Below are positions 8,429-17,416 of a stretch of DNA of 32,000 bases, in pieces (position 1 is the first letter of the stretch; every line of letters begins with the position of its first letter). The notes beneath the pieces were generated by a model that did not search any database, was not told the DNA's origin, and saw nothing but the letters and a program-made list of their open reading frames with translations. This DNA comes from Geobacter metallireducens GS-15 (GTDB lineage Bacteria; Desulfobacterota; Desulfuromonadia; Geobacterales; Geobacteraceae), in assembly GCF_000012925.1 (NCBI RefSeq), contig NC_007517.1, positions 480,001 through 512,000 on the forward strand, written 5' to 3'. The translations under genes were made by a program, and so were the position numbers.

Positions 8429-9847
8429 ATGGCTAACATCTCAATCAGCGGTTTGGTAACGGGCCTTGACAGCTCGTCGATCATCTCTCAGCTTATGCAG
8501 CTGGAACGGACACCTGAGAGGATCATGAAGGCGAAGCAACAGAAATATCAGAACCAAATTTCAGAGTTTCAGAAGATAGAAACAGCCCTCAAGAGCTTTC
8601 AGAAGGTTGTGAAGGGATTTAATACTCTTGGCAATTTTAAATCAATGCAGACAACAGTGGCAGACAATTCCGTCCTCACTGCGTCTGGCTCCAGTACTGC
8701 CACGCCGGGAACCCATACAGTACAGGTGACGACCTTGGCAAAAAACCAACGCCAAGTATCCATGGGCGTCGCCAGCCAGACGGACAAGGTTTTCAATACC
8801 GGGAGCTTCACCATTACTGACAGTGCAGGCAAGACCACGACGGTCAGTATTGCTGAAGGGCAGAATTCCCTTGGGGATATAGTGTCGGCAATCAACACCT
8901 CTGGTGCTAATGTTACCGCATCTATCATCAATGATGGGTCACCAACCCCCTACCGTTTGGTTGTGACAGGCAAGGATACGAATAACTACACACTGGATTT
9001 CTCTGGTTTGACAACTCCTCCTGCCGGGGGGACCGGTTCGTTGCTCCCAACCATGCTTGGGCCGTCGGATCCGTCGTATCAGGCCGGCACCGCTGCAACT
9101 TTGGTTGTCGATGGTATCACCATGACGAAAACGTCGAATACTGTCACCGATGCTATCCAAGGGATAACATTGAACCTGCTGAAAGAGGGCAGCACCACTA
9201 CTGTTAACGTTGCTAACGATACGAGTGCAGTCACAAATAAAATTAATGAATTCATATCTTCATATAACGATGTTATCAATTTGGTAAACAAACAATCTAT
9301 CTATAACCCGGACACGAAGACTGCAGGCGTGCTCTCAGGAGATTCGACAGTAAGGACAATACAGTCAAAGCTCCAGTCACTCCTGTCTACAACCGTTTCA
9401 GGCGTTACTGGACCCTACACCAGTCTTGCCAGTCTCGGGATAACCTCGGACAAGAAAGACGGGACTCTCTCAGTCGATTCCACGGCCCTGTCCTCGGCAC
9501 TTTCCACTAATTTTGAAGCTGTTGCCGATCTTTTTACCCATAACACGGGAACCTACACGACGTTGCCAAGTAATCAGTATGGCATTGCGCAACAGTTTAA
9601 TCTCGCAATAGACTCGATGGTGAGTCCCTATATAGGTACTGGCGTGTCAACTAACGGACTCATTGAGACGCGTATCAAGGGCCTTAATACTTCAATATCT
9701 GACATCAATGACCAGATTGATTCGCTTGAAAGCCGTATAGAGAAGATGCAGTCTAATCTTCAACTTCAGTTTACCAATATGGAAACTACCGTCAGCAAAT
9801 TACAGACCCAGGGTAATTCACTTCTAAGCTACCTGAGCAAGCTGTAA
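8429..9847 (+). CDS. fliD: Flagellar filament cap protein FliD
   Basis: MANISISGLVTGLDSSSIISQLMQLERTPE... at the N-terminus and a C-terminal coiled coil (...IEKMQSNLQLQFTNMETTVSKLQTQGNSLLSYL). I prefer the ATG at 8429 with RBS gggagga over the upstream start at 8369. Confidence 0.9.
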   Translation: MANISISGLVTGLDSSSIISQLMQLERTPERIMKAKQQKYQNQISEFQKIETALKSFQKVVKGFNTLGNFKSMQTTVADNSVLTASGSSTATPGTHTVQVTTLAKNQRQVSMGVASQTDKVFNTGSFTITDSAGKTTTVSIAEGQNSLGDIVSAINTSGANVTASIINDGSPTPYRLVVTGKDTNNYTLDFSGLTTPPAGGTGSLLPTMLGPSDPSYQAGTAATLVVDGITMTKTSNTVTDAIQGITLNLLKEGSTTTVNVANDTSAVTNKINEFISSYNDVINLVNKQSIYNPDTKTAGVLSGDSTVRTIQSKLQSLLSTTVSGVTGPYTSLASLGITSDKKDGTLSVDSTALSSALSTNFEAVADLFTHNTGTYTTLPSNQYGIAQQFNLAIDSMVSPYIGTGVSTNGLIETRIKGLNTSISDINDQIDSLESRIEKMQSNLQLQFTNMETTVSKLQTQGNSLLSYLSKL

Positions 9848-9860
9848 CGAAGGAGGGGGC

Positions 9861-10283
9861 ATGTACTCGCCGCTTAATCAATATCAGAACAACCAAGTGT
9901 TGACAGCTTCCCCAGAGAAGATTCTTATCATGCTCTACGACGGGGCGATCAACTTCACCCGTATAGCTCAGGAGCGGCTTCTTGTCAAAGATGTGCCAGG
10001 AAAGGGGATTTATATCGGGAAAGCTTTGGCAATAGTTACTGAACTGATGAACACTCTGAATCACGAGGTTGGAGGTGAAATCGCGGCTCACCTTGAACAG
10101 TTGTATCTTTACCTGATGGATGAGTATACCAAAGCCAATATGTCATATGAGATGGCGCATCTGGAAAATGCAGTCAAAATTCTTACCATACTCAGGGATA
10201 CCTGGAAGGAAGCTGCTGAGATTGTTCAACGTGAACGCGTTGCTTTACTTAACGAGCAGCACGTATCTCGCATGGCAGGTTAG
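9861..10283 (+). CDS. fliS: Flagellin-specific export chaperone FliS
   Basis: 140 aa with YQNNQVLTASPEKILIMLYDGAINFTRIAQERL...LYLYLMDEYTKAN, a FliS signature. An RBS (aggaggggg) lies upstream. Confidence 0.9.
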   Translation: MYSPLNQYQNNQVLTASPEKILIMLYDGAINFTRIAQERLLVKDVPGKGIYIGKALAIVTELMNTLNHEVGGEIAAHLEQLYLYLMDEYTKANMSYEMAHLENAVKILTILRDTWKEAAEIVQRERVALLNEQHVSRMAG

Positions 10284-10297
10284 AGAGGCCATTGTCG

Positions 10298-10708
10298 ATG
10301 ACCCTTGGTGATCTTCTGGTGGATGCGGAGCGACAAAGTTCTCTGCTTTTGCAGGAGGCGGAAAAGCTGCTGCGTGATCTTGACATTATTGCCGATGATG
10401 AGCTTGCTCAACTCTTGGCGCGGCGGCAGGAGATTGTAGATTGGTTTCAGAATTTTGACGTCCGTCTCTATGATTGCATGGACGGTTCCCCTGACGCACA
10501 AGCAGCAGTTGCTAAGTTCAGGATATGCCAGAAAGAGACCATGGAAAGAATTTTGGAAATAGACGCAATGACCGTTGCCTTGGCAAAGGGACGACTTGCC
10601 TCCATCGGCGATGCCCTTGCAGCATGTGCCAAAGAGGCGAAGGTTCTTTCTGCCTATGGAGAGACTGTAGGCGGAACGAGACGACATCGGCTCGACAGTG
10701 TTTTGTAG
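10298..10708 (+). CDS. Hypothetical helical protein, possibly a FliT/FlgN-like flagellar chaperone
   Basis: About 136-aa ORF immediately after fliS in the same operon and followed by a strong terminator. The start may be the ATG at 10298 or the TTG at 10292. I recognise no motif, so the function is inferred from position only. Confidence 0.5.
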   Translation: MTLGDLLVDAERQSSLLLQEAEKLLRDLDIIADDELAQLLARRQEIVDWFQNFDVRLYDCMDGSPDAQAAVAKFRICQKETMERILEIDAMTVALAKGRLASIGDALAACAKEAKVLSAYGETVGGTRRHRLDSVL

Positions 10709-10737
10709 ATTACGGGCAGTTGGAGAAGAATGCGAGC

Positions 10738-10770
10738 AAGAAGGGCGACAGGTACTCTGTCGCCCTTCTT
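10738..10770. terminator. Bidirectional terminator between the fliS operon (+) and maf (-)
   Basis: aagaagggcgacag-gtact-ctgtcgcccttctt forms a perfect 14-bp stem, sitting between convergent genes. Confidence 0.7.
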
Positions 10771-10795
10771 TGTCAGAAAGAAATGGATTAATGGT

Positions 10796-13315
10796 TCAAT
10801 CATTCGATGGAGCGGCAAGTCCCTCCAATTGTGAAAGTGCAACTCTGTTTGTCGGGTCATTCTCCAGCACCCTGGCAAAAAGATCCCGGGCCGTGTCCGC
10901 AAGCCCGGCATCCCGGCAAAGTATGCCGAGAGTCACCAGCGTTCCCACATCCTTTGGTGCAATGGAAAGGTAACGGTTGAAGGCATCGAAGGCTTCGTCG
11001 TAGCGCCCAAGGGCCTTCAGAATCTCTCCGTAAGGCGAAAGGTAGGCTGGAGACATGCGTGACAGGCACTCAAGGGCCAGCAGGGCGTTTTCAACGTCGT
11101 TGCCTGCAATGGCAAGAGATGCTATCTGCCGTAAAGCGTCTTCAGTCGTTGGGTGGGGAGGGTCGACCAGCAGGTGCTGGTAGCATTCGATCGCTCTGTT
11201 CGGTTCTTGCTGGAGTTCGGCAATGAGGCCGTTGATGAAATAAAGGTAGGGCTCTGCCTTCTCGCGGTCAGGATGGGAGGCAATCCCTGCTGCCATTGCT
11301 TCCAGTTCTTCACGCTCACCCCGCCGGAAGAGTAGCCGCGCTTTGCTCCGGATGTGCTTCAGGTCATAGCCCTTTTCCAGAAGTTCCATCCTGATGGTCT
11401 GCTCATCGGTCATGAGATGGGTAAATTGATCATCAAGCTCGCGGAATTTTCCCAGAATCGCTTCAGAAAGGCATTGGGCAGTGACAGGGTGATTGCGCAG
11501 CCAAAAGCGACCGCGACCCGGTTGCCCGTCCCGTAACCACTGGGAGATGAAGAGGTCGCAGTCCGGCGAAGACTTTTCCTCTTCTATTCTGGCCTCTATC
11601 CTGGACAGTGCGCTGTTTGTCACAGCCAGAAGTTGGATAGTCCCTGCCATGTATGCCTGATAATAGTCTCGCGTTGCTTTCTCGATCTGTTCGTCTGTCC
11701 ACTCCTGTTCCTCTTTTGGTGTTCTAAGAATTGAGAGGAACTTTTTTAGACCAAACTGCTTTACTAGTAGTGAAAAATCTCCATAACGTCGGTCAAGCTT
11801 TCGTTCAATCTTGTCCATCTGCACTTTATGGCGAAAACTGCGCTCCTTGCCATTGCGTCCGAACAACCCATCAGTACACTCCAAGGCCTCTTGAGAGAGT
11901 GAGAGAATCTCCTTGAATTTGTGCTGGGCACGTTCGAGCTCCTTCTTGATTTTGCGATAGTGGCTCAATCGGGCCTTTGAGGTCGGAGGAGGCAGGTATT
12001 TGTCAATGAGTGCTGAAGTGGAGATCGTGTCTTCAGGCAGGTCGATTTCTGAAGGCGGCCGGTATTCGATGAGGGGAATCTTTGCGGCACCCAGAGAGAT
12101 GTTGTAGAGCCGGTGCCCTTTGCTCACAGCCAGTTCGGCCTGGAGCTTGAGAATCTCCAGCGAGTGTGCGTATCCGTGGTTGGTGTCGGCCAACCAGCCG
12201 CCGTTGGTTTCAATTCGGGGAGAAAGTTGGCCTAGGTCAGGCCCTACCTTGTTTTCAGCGCTGCCGGCGGCGTGGGTATGCCCTTCACGGGAGAAACAGA
12301 GGTCTACCCCGGCAAGAACGATGGTTTCACATCCCATGTTCATGGCAATAGAGAGGGCGTAGTTGCTTACTGTTGGTCCCGTATAGAGATGAGTTTCGAT
12401 GTTCAAAGGGGTGGACCAGGGGAAGAGGCTGTCGGTGTAGGCGCTTCTCCCGCCCCACTGCCCCACCAGCAGGGGGGATGCATGGTAGCTGCTGACGAGG
12501 ACCGGAGATTCCTCCATGTCAGCAAAATATAACATCTCACGGCTCACCTCGAAACTGACCTTCTGGGGGTCAACCGTAGCGACTAGGTGAGGAACTATTT
12601 GCTCGCTCTGCAGGATTTTGCTGATTCGGGAAACGGCAATAAGGACAAGACGGTCGCGGTTTTCCCGAACCCACGGCAGGGCTTCGCGGAGCGATGGACC
12701 ACCGGCAAGGATGACGGCGGTTCTTCCCTTAAAGGTGTCGACGAGGGTCCGGGAGAATGCGACACGGTTTTCTGCAAGATTTTCCAGTTGCCTCAGGATG
12801 TATTGGGTGCAGTTGATGGAGGCATGGGTTTCATGGACGAGAGTTCTGACATTCAGATTGATATTCCAGGAGATGTCTCGATACTCGGGGAGATTGGCAT
12901 CGCTTGAAGCGATTGATTCATTAACCCTGACCGCGTCAATGAAAACATACTCGTTGATTTGCAGGTCGGTTGCTATTTCCTCCCAGGTGTCCGGCGTGGC
13001 GATGATCACTTCAGGCGGGAGTTCCTTAAGGATTCCCTCTTCCGAGAGCCGTTCAATCACCTCCGGCAACTCGATGAAAAGATAACGGGATCCGGAGGGA
13101 ATCCCTTTGTTTACAACATAGGTGGGAAACAGCCCTGAATCTGTCCCGATGATGATGTTAAGCTGATATTCGGCAAAGAGTGATTCTCCGTAGGTTGATG
13201 CATAGAGCGAATCGGAGCCGATGGAGTTGAATGCATTCCGGTTTACCTGGTAGAGGTAGCGATCTCCGAAGTCGTTTACCAAAAATGGCCCGAGGTAATT
13301 TCCCGTATCGGACAT
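10796..13315 (-). CDS. maf: Motility-associated factor (Maf/DUF115, MptE-like) flagellin nonulosonate glycosyltransferase with a C-terminal TPR domain
   Basis: The N-terminus has ...NIIIGTDSGLFPTYV.... The central region (AVILAGGPSL...LIAVSRISKIL...HLVATVDPQ...GPTVSNYALSIAMNMGCETIVLAGVDLCF) is typical of Maf. The last ~170 aa are TPR-like (ECYQHLL..., LKALGRYDEAFDAFNRYLSIAPKD..., ARDLFARVLENDP). I use the ATG at 13315; an alternative GTG lies at 13330. Confidence 0.8.
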   Translation of the reverse strand: MSDTGNYLGPFLVNDFGDRYLYQVNRNAFNSIGSDSLYASTYGESLFAEYQLNIIIGTDSGLFPTYVVNKGIPSGSRYLFIELPEVIERLSEEGILKELPPEVIIATPDTWEEIATDLQINEYVFIDAVRVNESIASSDANLPEYRDISWNINLNVRTLVHETHASINCTQYILRQLENLAENRVAFSRTLVDTFKGRTAVILAGGPSLREALPWVRENRDRLVLIAVSRISKILQSEQIVPHLVATVDPQKVSFEVSREMLYFADMEESPVLVSSYHASPLLVGQWGGRSAYTDSLFPWSTPLNIETHLYTGPTVSNYALSIAMNMGCETIVLAGVDLCFSREGHTHAAGSAENKVGPDLGQLSPRIETNGGWLADTNHGYAHSLEILKLQAELAVSKGHRLYNISLGAAKIPLIEYRPPSEIDLPEDTISTSALIDKYLPPPTSKARLSHYRKIKKELERAQHKFKEILSLSQEALECTDGLFGRNGKERSFRHKVQMDKIERKLDRRYGDFSLLVKQFGLKKFLSILRTPKEEQEWTDEQIEKATRDYYQAYMAGTIQLLAVTNSALSRIEARIEEEKSSPDCDLFISQWLRDGQPGRGRFWLRNHPVTAQCLSEAILGKFRELDDQFTHLMTDEQTIRMELLEKGYDLKHIRSKARLLFRRGEREELEAMAAGIASHPDREKAEPYLYFINGLIAELQQEPNRAIECYQHLLVDPPHPTTEDALRQIASLAIAGNDVENALLALECLSRMSPAYLSPYGEILKALGRYDEAFDAFNRYLSIAPKDVGTLVTLGILCRDAGLADTARDLFARVLENDPTNRVALSQLEGLAAPSND

Positions 13316-13333
13316 GTTAGAGCCTTTCACTAT

Positions 13334-15313
13334 TTATTTCCGTTGTTTGGCAGATTTCGCTGATGCTGCAGATATGGAAATGTGCGCCCTCAAAGGGATT
13401 CTGTTGCGCCTGGGTTTGCTTGTTTCATCCATTTCCGATGCGCTGAAGCCGCATCGGAAAAAGTATGACGGACCTACCGGCTTGCAGGTTACCAGGCCGA
13501 GCAGTGCGGAGAGGGAGCGGTCTACGCTAATCTGCAAGATCGAATGTGCATCTCCGATCTCGATTATCCCTTCAGTCACGCCAAGCCCCTGTTTTGCCGA
13601 CACCAGAAAAGAACTCGCCTCACCGTGGAAAAATCTCTTGCCTGCTACAGGAAAGGTTTCCGGATTGTTTCCACCGTTGTGGGCCCGGAAGAAGAGTGTT
13701 GCAGCGTCGAAGGCTTCGGGATTTATGGTGACGTTGCCGAGTCGCAGGGAGCCCACGGGGATCAAAGGCCAATCGAATCGGTAGTCTATGGAAATTGTAG
13801 TGGTGTTGATGTCAATGCCGACCAGTTTCGTTATGGGACCAAGGGGGGGGCTGAATGTGGCCTCAACGGTTACCATTCCGCCTTCAGGATGCCAGCGAAC
13901 CAACGGTTCGACAGGCGCCAAGTCCGTTATCTTGGGCCGTCCATGGGTCTCGAAGACCGCATGCCCCGTATAAAAATCGGCTCCGGCGGTGATGTCGTCG
14001 AAATAGCCGTGATAGAGGGTGCCGCAGAGGCTGCGTTCGTGGATTCGGGAGAAAACGAGGGAGTCAAAGGCCAACCCGCGGCGCAGGTTCAGCTTGAGCC
14101 GCACCCCTGGCGTTTCGATCGTAAGGTAGTGTCCTTCGCGCAGAGCGGAGACTTCAGGGGGGAGGATCTCCACGCCCCCCTCGACAAGCCTCGTTAAATG
14201 CGTTATCCCACAATGGCGGCCAAAGGAGTTGAGGCGGCTTCGGTAGCGTTTCCAACGGCGCGGGGTAATGTGGGTGCGGAAATCGCTGCTCCAGAGGTAG
14301 CAGAGTTCGCGCCACTCCTGGTCCGTGGCATTTCCCTTTGCCAGCAGCGCGTCGTGAATCCGTTGGCAGGCGGAGTTGATGCCGATGTCGTCCCGACCGG
14401 TGACGGCCCATCGGGTGATGTTGTACTTTTCCTGCTTTTTCACCGGGATAGGTGCCTCGGGGGATTCGAGGCTCAGACGGTTTCCGGCTCCCGGCTCATG
14501 AAGCAGGGAGAGGAGTCGTGAGGGAGGAATGAAGGTGAAGCGTCCCTCCTCCAGCAACCGCTCGAAAAGCTCCCTGATCCGTCCCCACTCGTCATGCTCC
14601 ATGACCGCTTCGGTGGTGAAACGACCGGGGCGGAAGTCAAAAATCTCAATATCATTGCCGTAGAGGGGGATGGCGCGGGTCGTGCCGTTGTCGTGCCGGC
14701 CGATAAGGGCAAGGTAGTCGTCCAGTTCCAACTCGCCATGGACATAGCGCTGGAACTTCTGAAAGAAGATGGAGTTGTTCCAGATGACCGGCAGCTCTTC
14801 GCCATGCTGGCCCATGGCGATCTGGGGAAGATAGCGCCATGCCGGATCCCACTGGGGGTGATGGTAGGCGGGGTTGTCCCATTCCATGACCATGGCCTCG
14901 AAGCCCGCCTCGCGGTAGTGTCCGATGAGCCCGGCGGAGTAAGCCTGTTCGTTGACCAGAACAATGCGTGGGCGCAGTCCCAGAAGCCGCTCATAGGTCT
15001 GGTTGCCGATGCGCAGGTTCTGCCGGTTCACTTCAGCCGGCACCAGGGGGCCGATCATCTGGGAGTAGCCGCTTCCCACCAGCTCGCATTGCCCCGAGCA
15101 GAGTTCCCGAAGTTCCTCCACCCAAGCCGGGTCGATGGCCGCCACGGTCTCGAGGGTATAGCCGGTGATCTCGATGCCGAAGGGGAGGTTTAGGTCGCGG
15201 GCCAGCCGAAGCAGAGGCCAGTAACAGCGGCGGACCACCTCGGGGCGCAACTCTTCCTCGATGGAAGAGAAGGCCAGGTTCAGGTGGAAGATGGTATAGA
15301 GAGATAGTGACAT
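13334..15313 (-). CDS. GH57-like (beta/alpha)7-barrel glycoside hydrolase/transferase family protein
   Basis: 659 aa. The N-terminal ~200 aa resemble GH57 (FHLNLAFSS..., GQCELVGSGYSQMIGPLVP, LVNEQAYSAGL...YREAGFEAMVMEW). The large C-terminal region is unassigned. The start overlaps the ATP-grasp stop by 1 nt (TAATG). Confidence 0.55.
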   Translation of the reverse strand: MSLSLYTIFHLNLAFSSIEEELRPEVVRRCYWPLLRLARDLNLPFGIEITGYTLETVAAIDPAWVEELRELCSGQCELVGSGYSQMIGPLVPAEVNRQNLRIGNQTYERLLGLRPRIVLVNEQAYSAGLIGHYREAGFEAMVMEWDNPAYHHPQWDPAWRYLPQIAMGQHGEELPVIWNNSIFFQKFQRYVHGELELDDYLALIGRHDNGTTRAIPLYGNDIEIFDFRPGRFTTEAVMEHDEWGRIRELFERLLEEGRFTFIPPSRLLSLLHEPGAGNRLSLESPEAPIPVKKQEKYNITRWAVTGRDDIGINSACQRIHDALLAKGNATDQEWRELCYLWSSDFRTHITPRRWKRYRSRLNSFGRHCGITHLTRLVEGGVEILPPEVSALREGHYLTIETPGVRLKLNLRRGLAFDSLVFSRIHERSLCGTLYHGYFDDITAGADFYTGHAVFETHGRPKITDLAPVEPLVRWHPEGGMVTVEATFSPPLGPITKLVGIDINTTTISIDYRFDWPLIPVGSLRLGNVTINPEAFDAATLFFRAHNGGNNPETFPVAGKRFFHGEASSFLVSAKQGLGVTEGIIEIGDAHSILQISVDRSLSALLGLVTCKPVGPSYFFRCGFSASEMDETSKPRRNRIPLRAHISISAASAKSAKQRK

Positions 15314-16527
15314 TAAGGGACCGTCTCGAAGCGGATCACCTGACGAGTTGCATCAATGCGTGACCACGCGTCTTTTTCATCCTCGCCAACAGCGATCACC
15401 CAGCAGCACCGTTTACCGTTGTCTATCATGGGCTCAACCCGATCACCTACAGCCTTCGTAATCAATATCTGCTCGATCCCGGGTAATGCGCGCGCTTCTT
15501 CTATTCCACTGATGGATCTGATTATGCCGGGTTCGGGGAAAATTCCTGCACAGATGGATGTCCTATCATGCTTGGCGGCAAGGAGGCTCTCGTCCAGTTG
15601 CTCTCCCATGGCCAACTTCATGACGGCTTTGATTGGGTCTTTCCCGGAACTCAGAGGTGTCGTGTACTGGGAATGGAATCCACCGCTCAGCCGTGCCGGC
15701 ATCTCGAGTATCATCGGCCCCTGATCGGTCAGTATCATGTCGGCTTTCGCGGGGCCAAAATCAATACCTAACGAGTCGGCAGCAGCATCGACGACCTCAC
15801 AGATGCGCTTTTGTGTTTCCTTGTCGAGGTTCGAGGGGTCCACATGGGCTGTTTCTATGGCGTAGGGAGCGAAACCGAAGTGCCTGTCAGCCAGACTAAC
15901 GTGATAATGCTTCCCCTTCCAAATGATGGTTTCGACGCTCTGTTCTTTCCCCACTACGAATTGCTCGATAATTGCCGTCCCGGTTCGCGAGGTGGCGCAG
16001 GCGGCTTTGAAGGCGGCGGGAAGCTGATCAGGCCGGTCGATGCGCATGCTCCCCCGTGATGCAGCGCCATCAACTGCTTTTACGATGGCAGGGAAGCCTG
16101 TATGAACAAGAATTTTTTGAGCTTCCTCCAGCGTCGACGCTTCGGCGCTCCATGGGGTCGGAATTTTGTCCCGCAGCCATCTTTCTTTCATAAGGGCCTT
16201 GTTGTTCGACCGTCTGGCCACCTCCACCGGAACCCCTGGCAAGCCGAGTTCCTCGCAGACCGCTGCAACCGTAATTGCCACATCTGCGCCGGCAAAGGCC
16301 CCTTTCAGCCCAACCCTTTTCCCGTGCTCCCTCGCCCATGCCACATGCCCCTCGACATCTTTGACGTCCAGTACGAGGTGCTCGTCCGCCAGTTGGAACC
16401 CTGGGGCCTCGGGATTGCGGTCACTGGCGATGACATAGTATCCGAGGGCGCGGGCTCGCTCTAATGCGGGTATCTGCATTATGCCGGCACTGACTACGAG
16501 AATGGCGGGGCGTTTTTCAGAGTTCAT
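15313..16527 (-). CDS. ATP-grasp domain ligase
   Basis: A pre-ATP-grasp region (ILVVSAGIMQIPALERARALGYYVIASD) is followed by NKALMKERW...GFPAIVKAVDGAASRGSMRI...IIEQFVVGKEQSVE.... I prefer the ATG at 16527 (RBS aaggaa); the ORF track start at 16602 would overlap the SDR gene by 29 nt. Confidence 0.8.
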   Translation of the reverse strand: MNSEKRPAILVVSAGIMQIPALERARALGYYVIASDRNPEAPGFQLADEHLVLDVKDVEGHVAWAREHGKRVGLKGAFAGADVAITVAAVCEELGLPGVPVEVARRSNNKALMKERWLRDKIPTPWSAEASTLEEAQKILVHTGFPAIVKAVDGAASRGSMRIDRPDQLPAAFKAACATSRTGTAIIEQFVVGKEQSVETIIWKGKHYHVSLADRHFGFAPYAIETAHVDPSNLDKETQKRICEVVDAAADSLGIDFGPAKADMILTDQGPMILEMPARLSGGFHSQYTTPLSSGKDPIKAVMKLAMGEQLDESLLAAKHDRTSICAGIFPEPGIIRSISGIEEARALPGIEQILITKAVGDRVEPMIDNGKRCCWVIAVGEDEKDAWSRIDATRQVIRFETVP

Positions 16528-16573
16528 GGGGAAATTCCTTACCTGATGGTTACTTTTGGGCTGTTGGAATCTT

Positions 16574-17416
16574 TTATTCCAGGTTTGATTCAGGGTCGTC
16601 ATAGAAGTGCAGAAGATCGGTCAACGTTTCTGGGCTCTGGTATGCCGCCCATGTCCCGTCGGGCCACGAGTGCCCTTCTATAACGTATCCGTCGTCGCAG
16701 AAAATCACGTTGCCAGTCAGGTGCCGTTGGGGGATACATAGGGCAATGGCCGATTCCACGACCCCCTCTACCGTAGCGAACCGCTTGGTGGGAGTATGCG
16801 CCAGTATCGAAGCAGCTCTGCGTGACAGTTGCCCGACATCGTCCCGCAACAAGTGCCGATTGAGCGGTGTTTCAACGGTTCCCGGGGCCAACCCGTTGAC
16901 ACGGACCCCAAAACGGGCCAGTTGCGCTGCGGAACTTTTGACTAGACCTTCAAGGCCATGTTTTGATGCGACATAGGCGTGAGAACCTTCCAGGGAAACC
17001 CTGGATGCATCGGAACACAAGTGGACGAGATGACCGTGGCGCTGCTTGACAAACAGACGCGCGAATCCGGCTGTCAGAAGAAATGCGCCGGTGAGGTTTG
17101 TGTTTATGACTCGCGACCAGTCGTTTAAAAGCTCTGGAATATCTTCTTGCCCGAGCTTCATCACGGCATGGTGTGTCCCGGTAAAATTGAAGGCCACATC
17201 GATGCGGAGGTTGCGTTTTCCCAGAGCGGTGAAGAAGTTGCTGACCGAAGACGGGTCGGTAACGTCCACTGGCAGGTGAGGGAGGCCGATCTCGGGATCT
17301 TTTCGCCCCGCGACGATGCAGGCCGCCCCTACTGCCGTTGCTGCTTGGGCGAAGGCCCGCCCCAAGACCCCGCTTGCCCCCAGAACGACGATGTTCATGC
17401 CACTAAGAATTCCCAT
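16574..17416 (-). CDS. Short-chain dehydrogenase/reductase (classical SDR)
   Basis: Contains the NIVVLGASGVLGRAF nucleotide-binding motif and the YVASKHGLEGL (YxxxK) catalytic motif. An RBS (ggaagg) lies upstream, and the start overlaps the upstream gene by 14 nt. Confidence 0.85.
   Translation of the reverse strand: MGILSGMNIVVLGASGVLGRAFAQAATAVGAACIVAGRKDPEIGLPHLPVDVTDPSSVSNFFTALGKRNLRIDVAFNFTGTHHAVMKLGQEDIPELLNDWSRVINTNLTGAFLLTAGFARLFVKQRHGHLVHLCSDASRVSLEGSHAYVASKHGLEGLVKSSAAQLARFGVRVNGLAPGTVETPLNRHLLRDDVGQLSRRAASILAHTPTKRFATVEGVVESAIALCIPQRHLTGNVIFCDDGYVIEGHSWPDGTWAAYQSPETLTDLLHFYDDPESNLE

Noticed and set aside
13843-13850. G8 homopolymer (C8 on the coding strand) inside the GH57-like gene, considered as a Campylobacter-style phase-variation tract
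   Set aside because: An equal G8 run occurs in the core gene flgK (3592-3599), and G7 runs occur elsewhere. All encode Gly-Gly or Pro-Pro. The tract is therefore within background for this composition, and no frameshifted ORF pair is visible.
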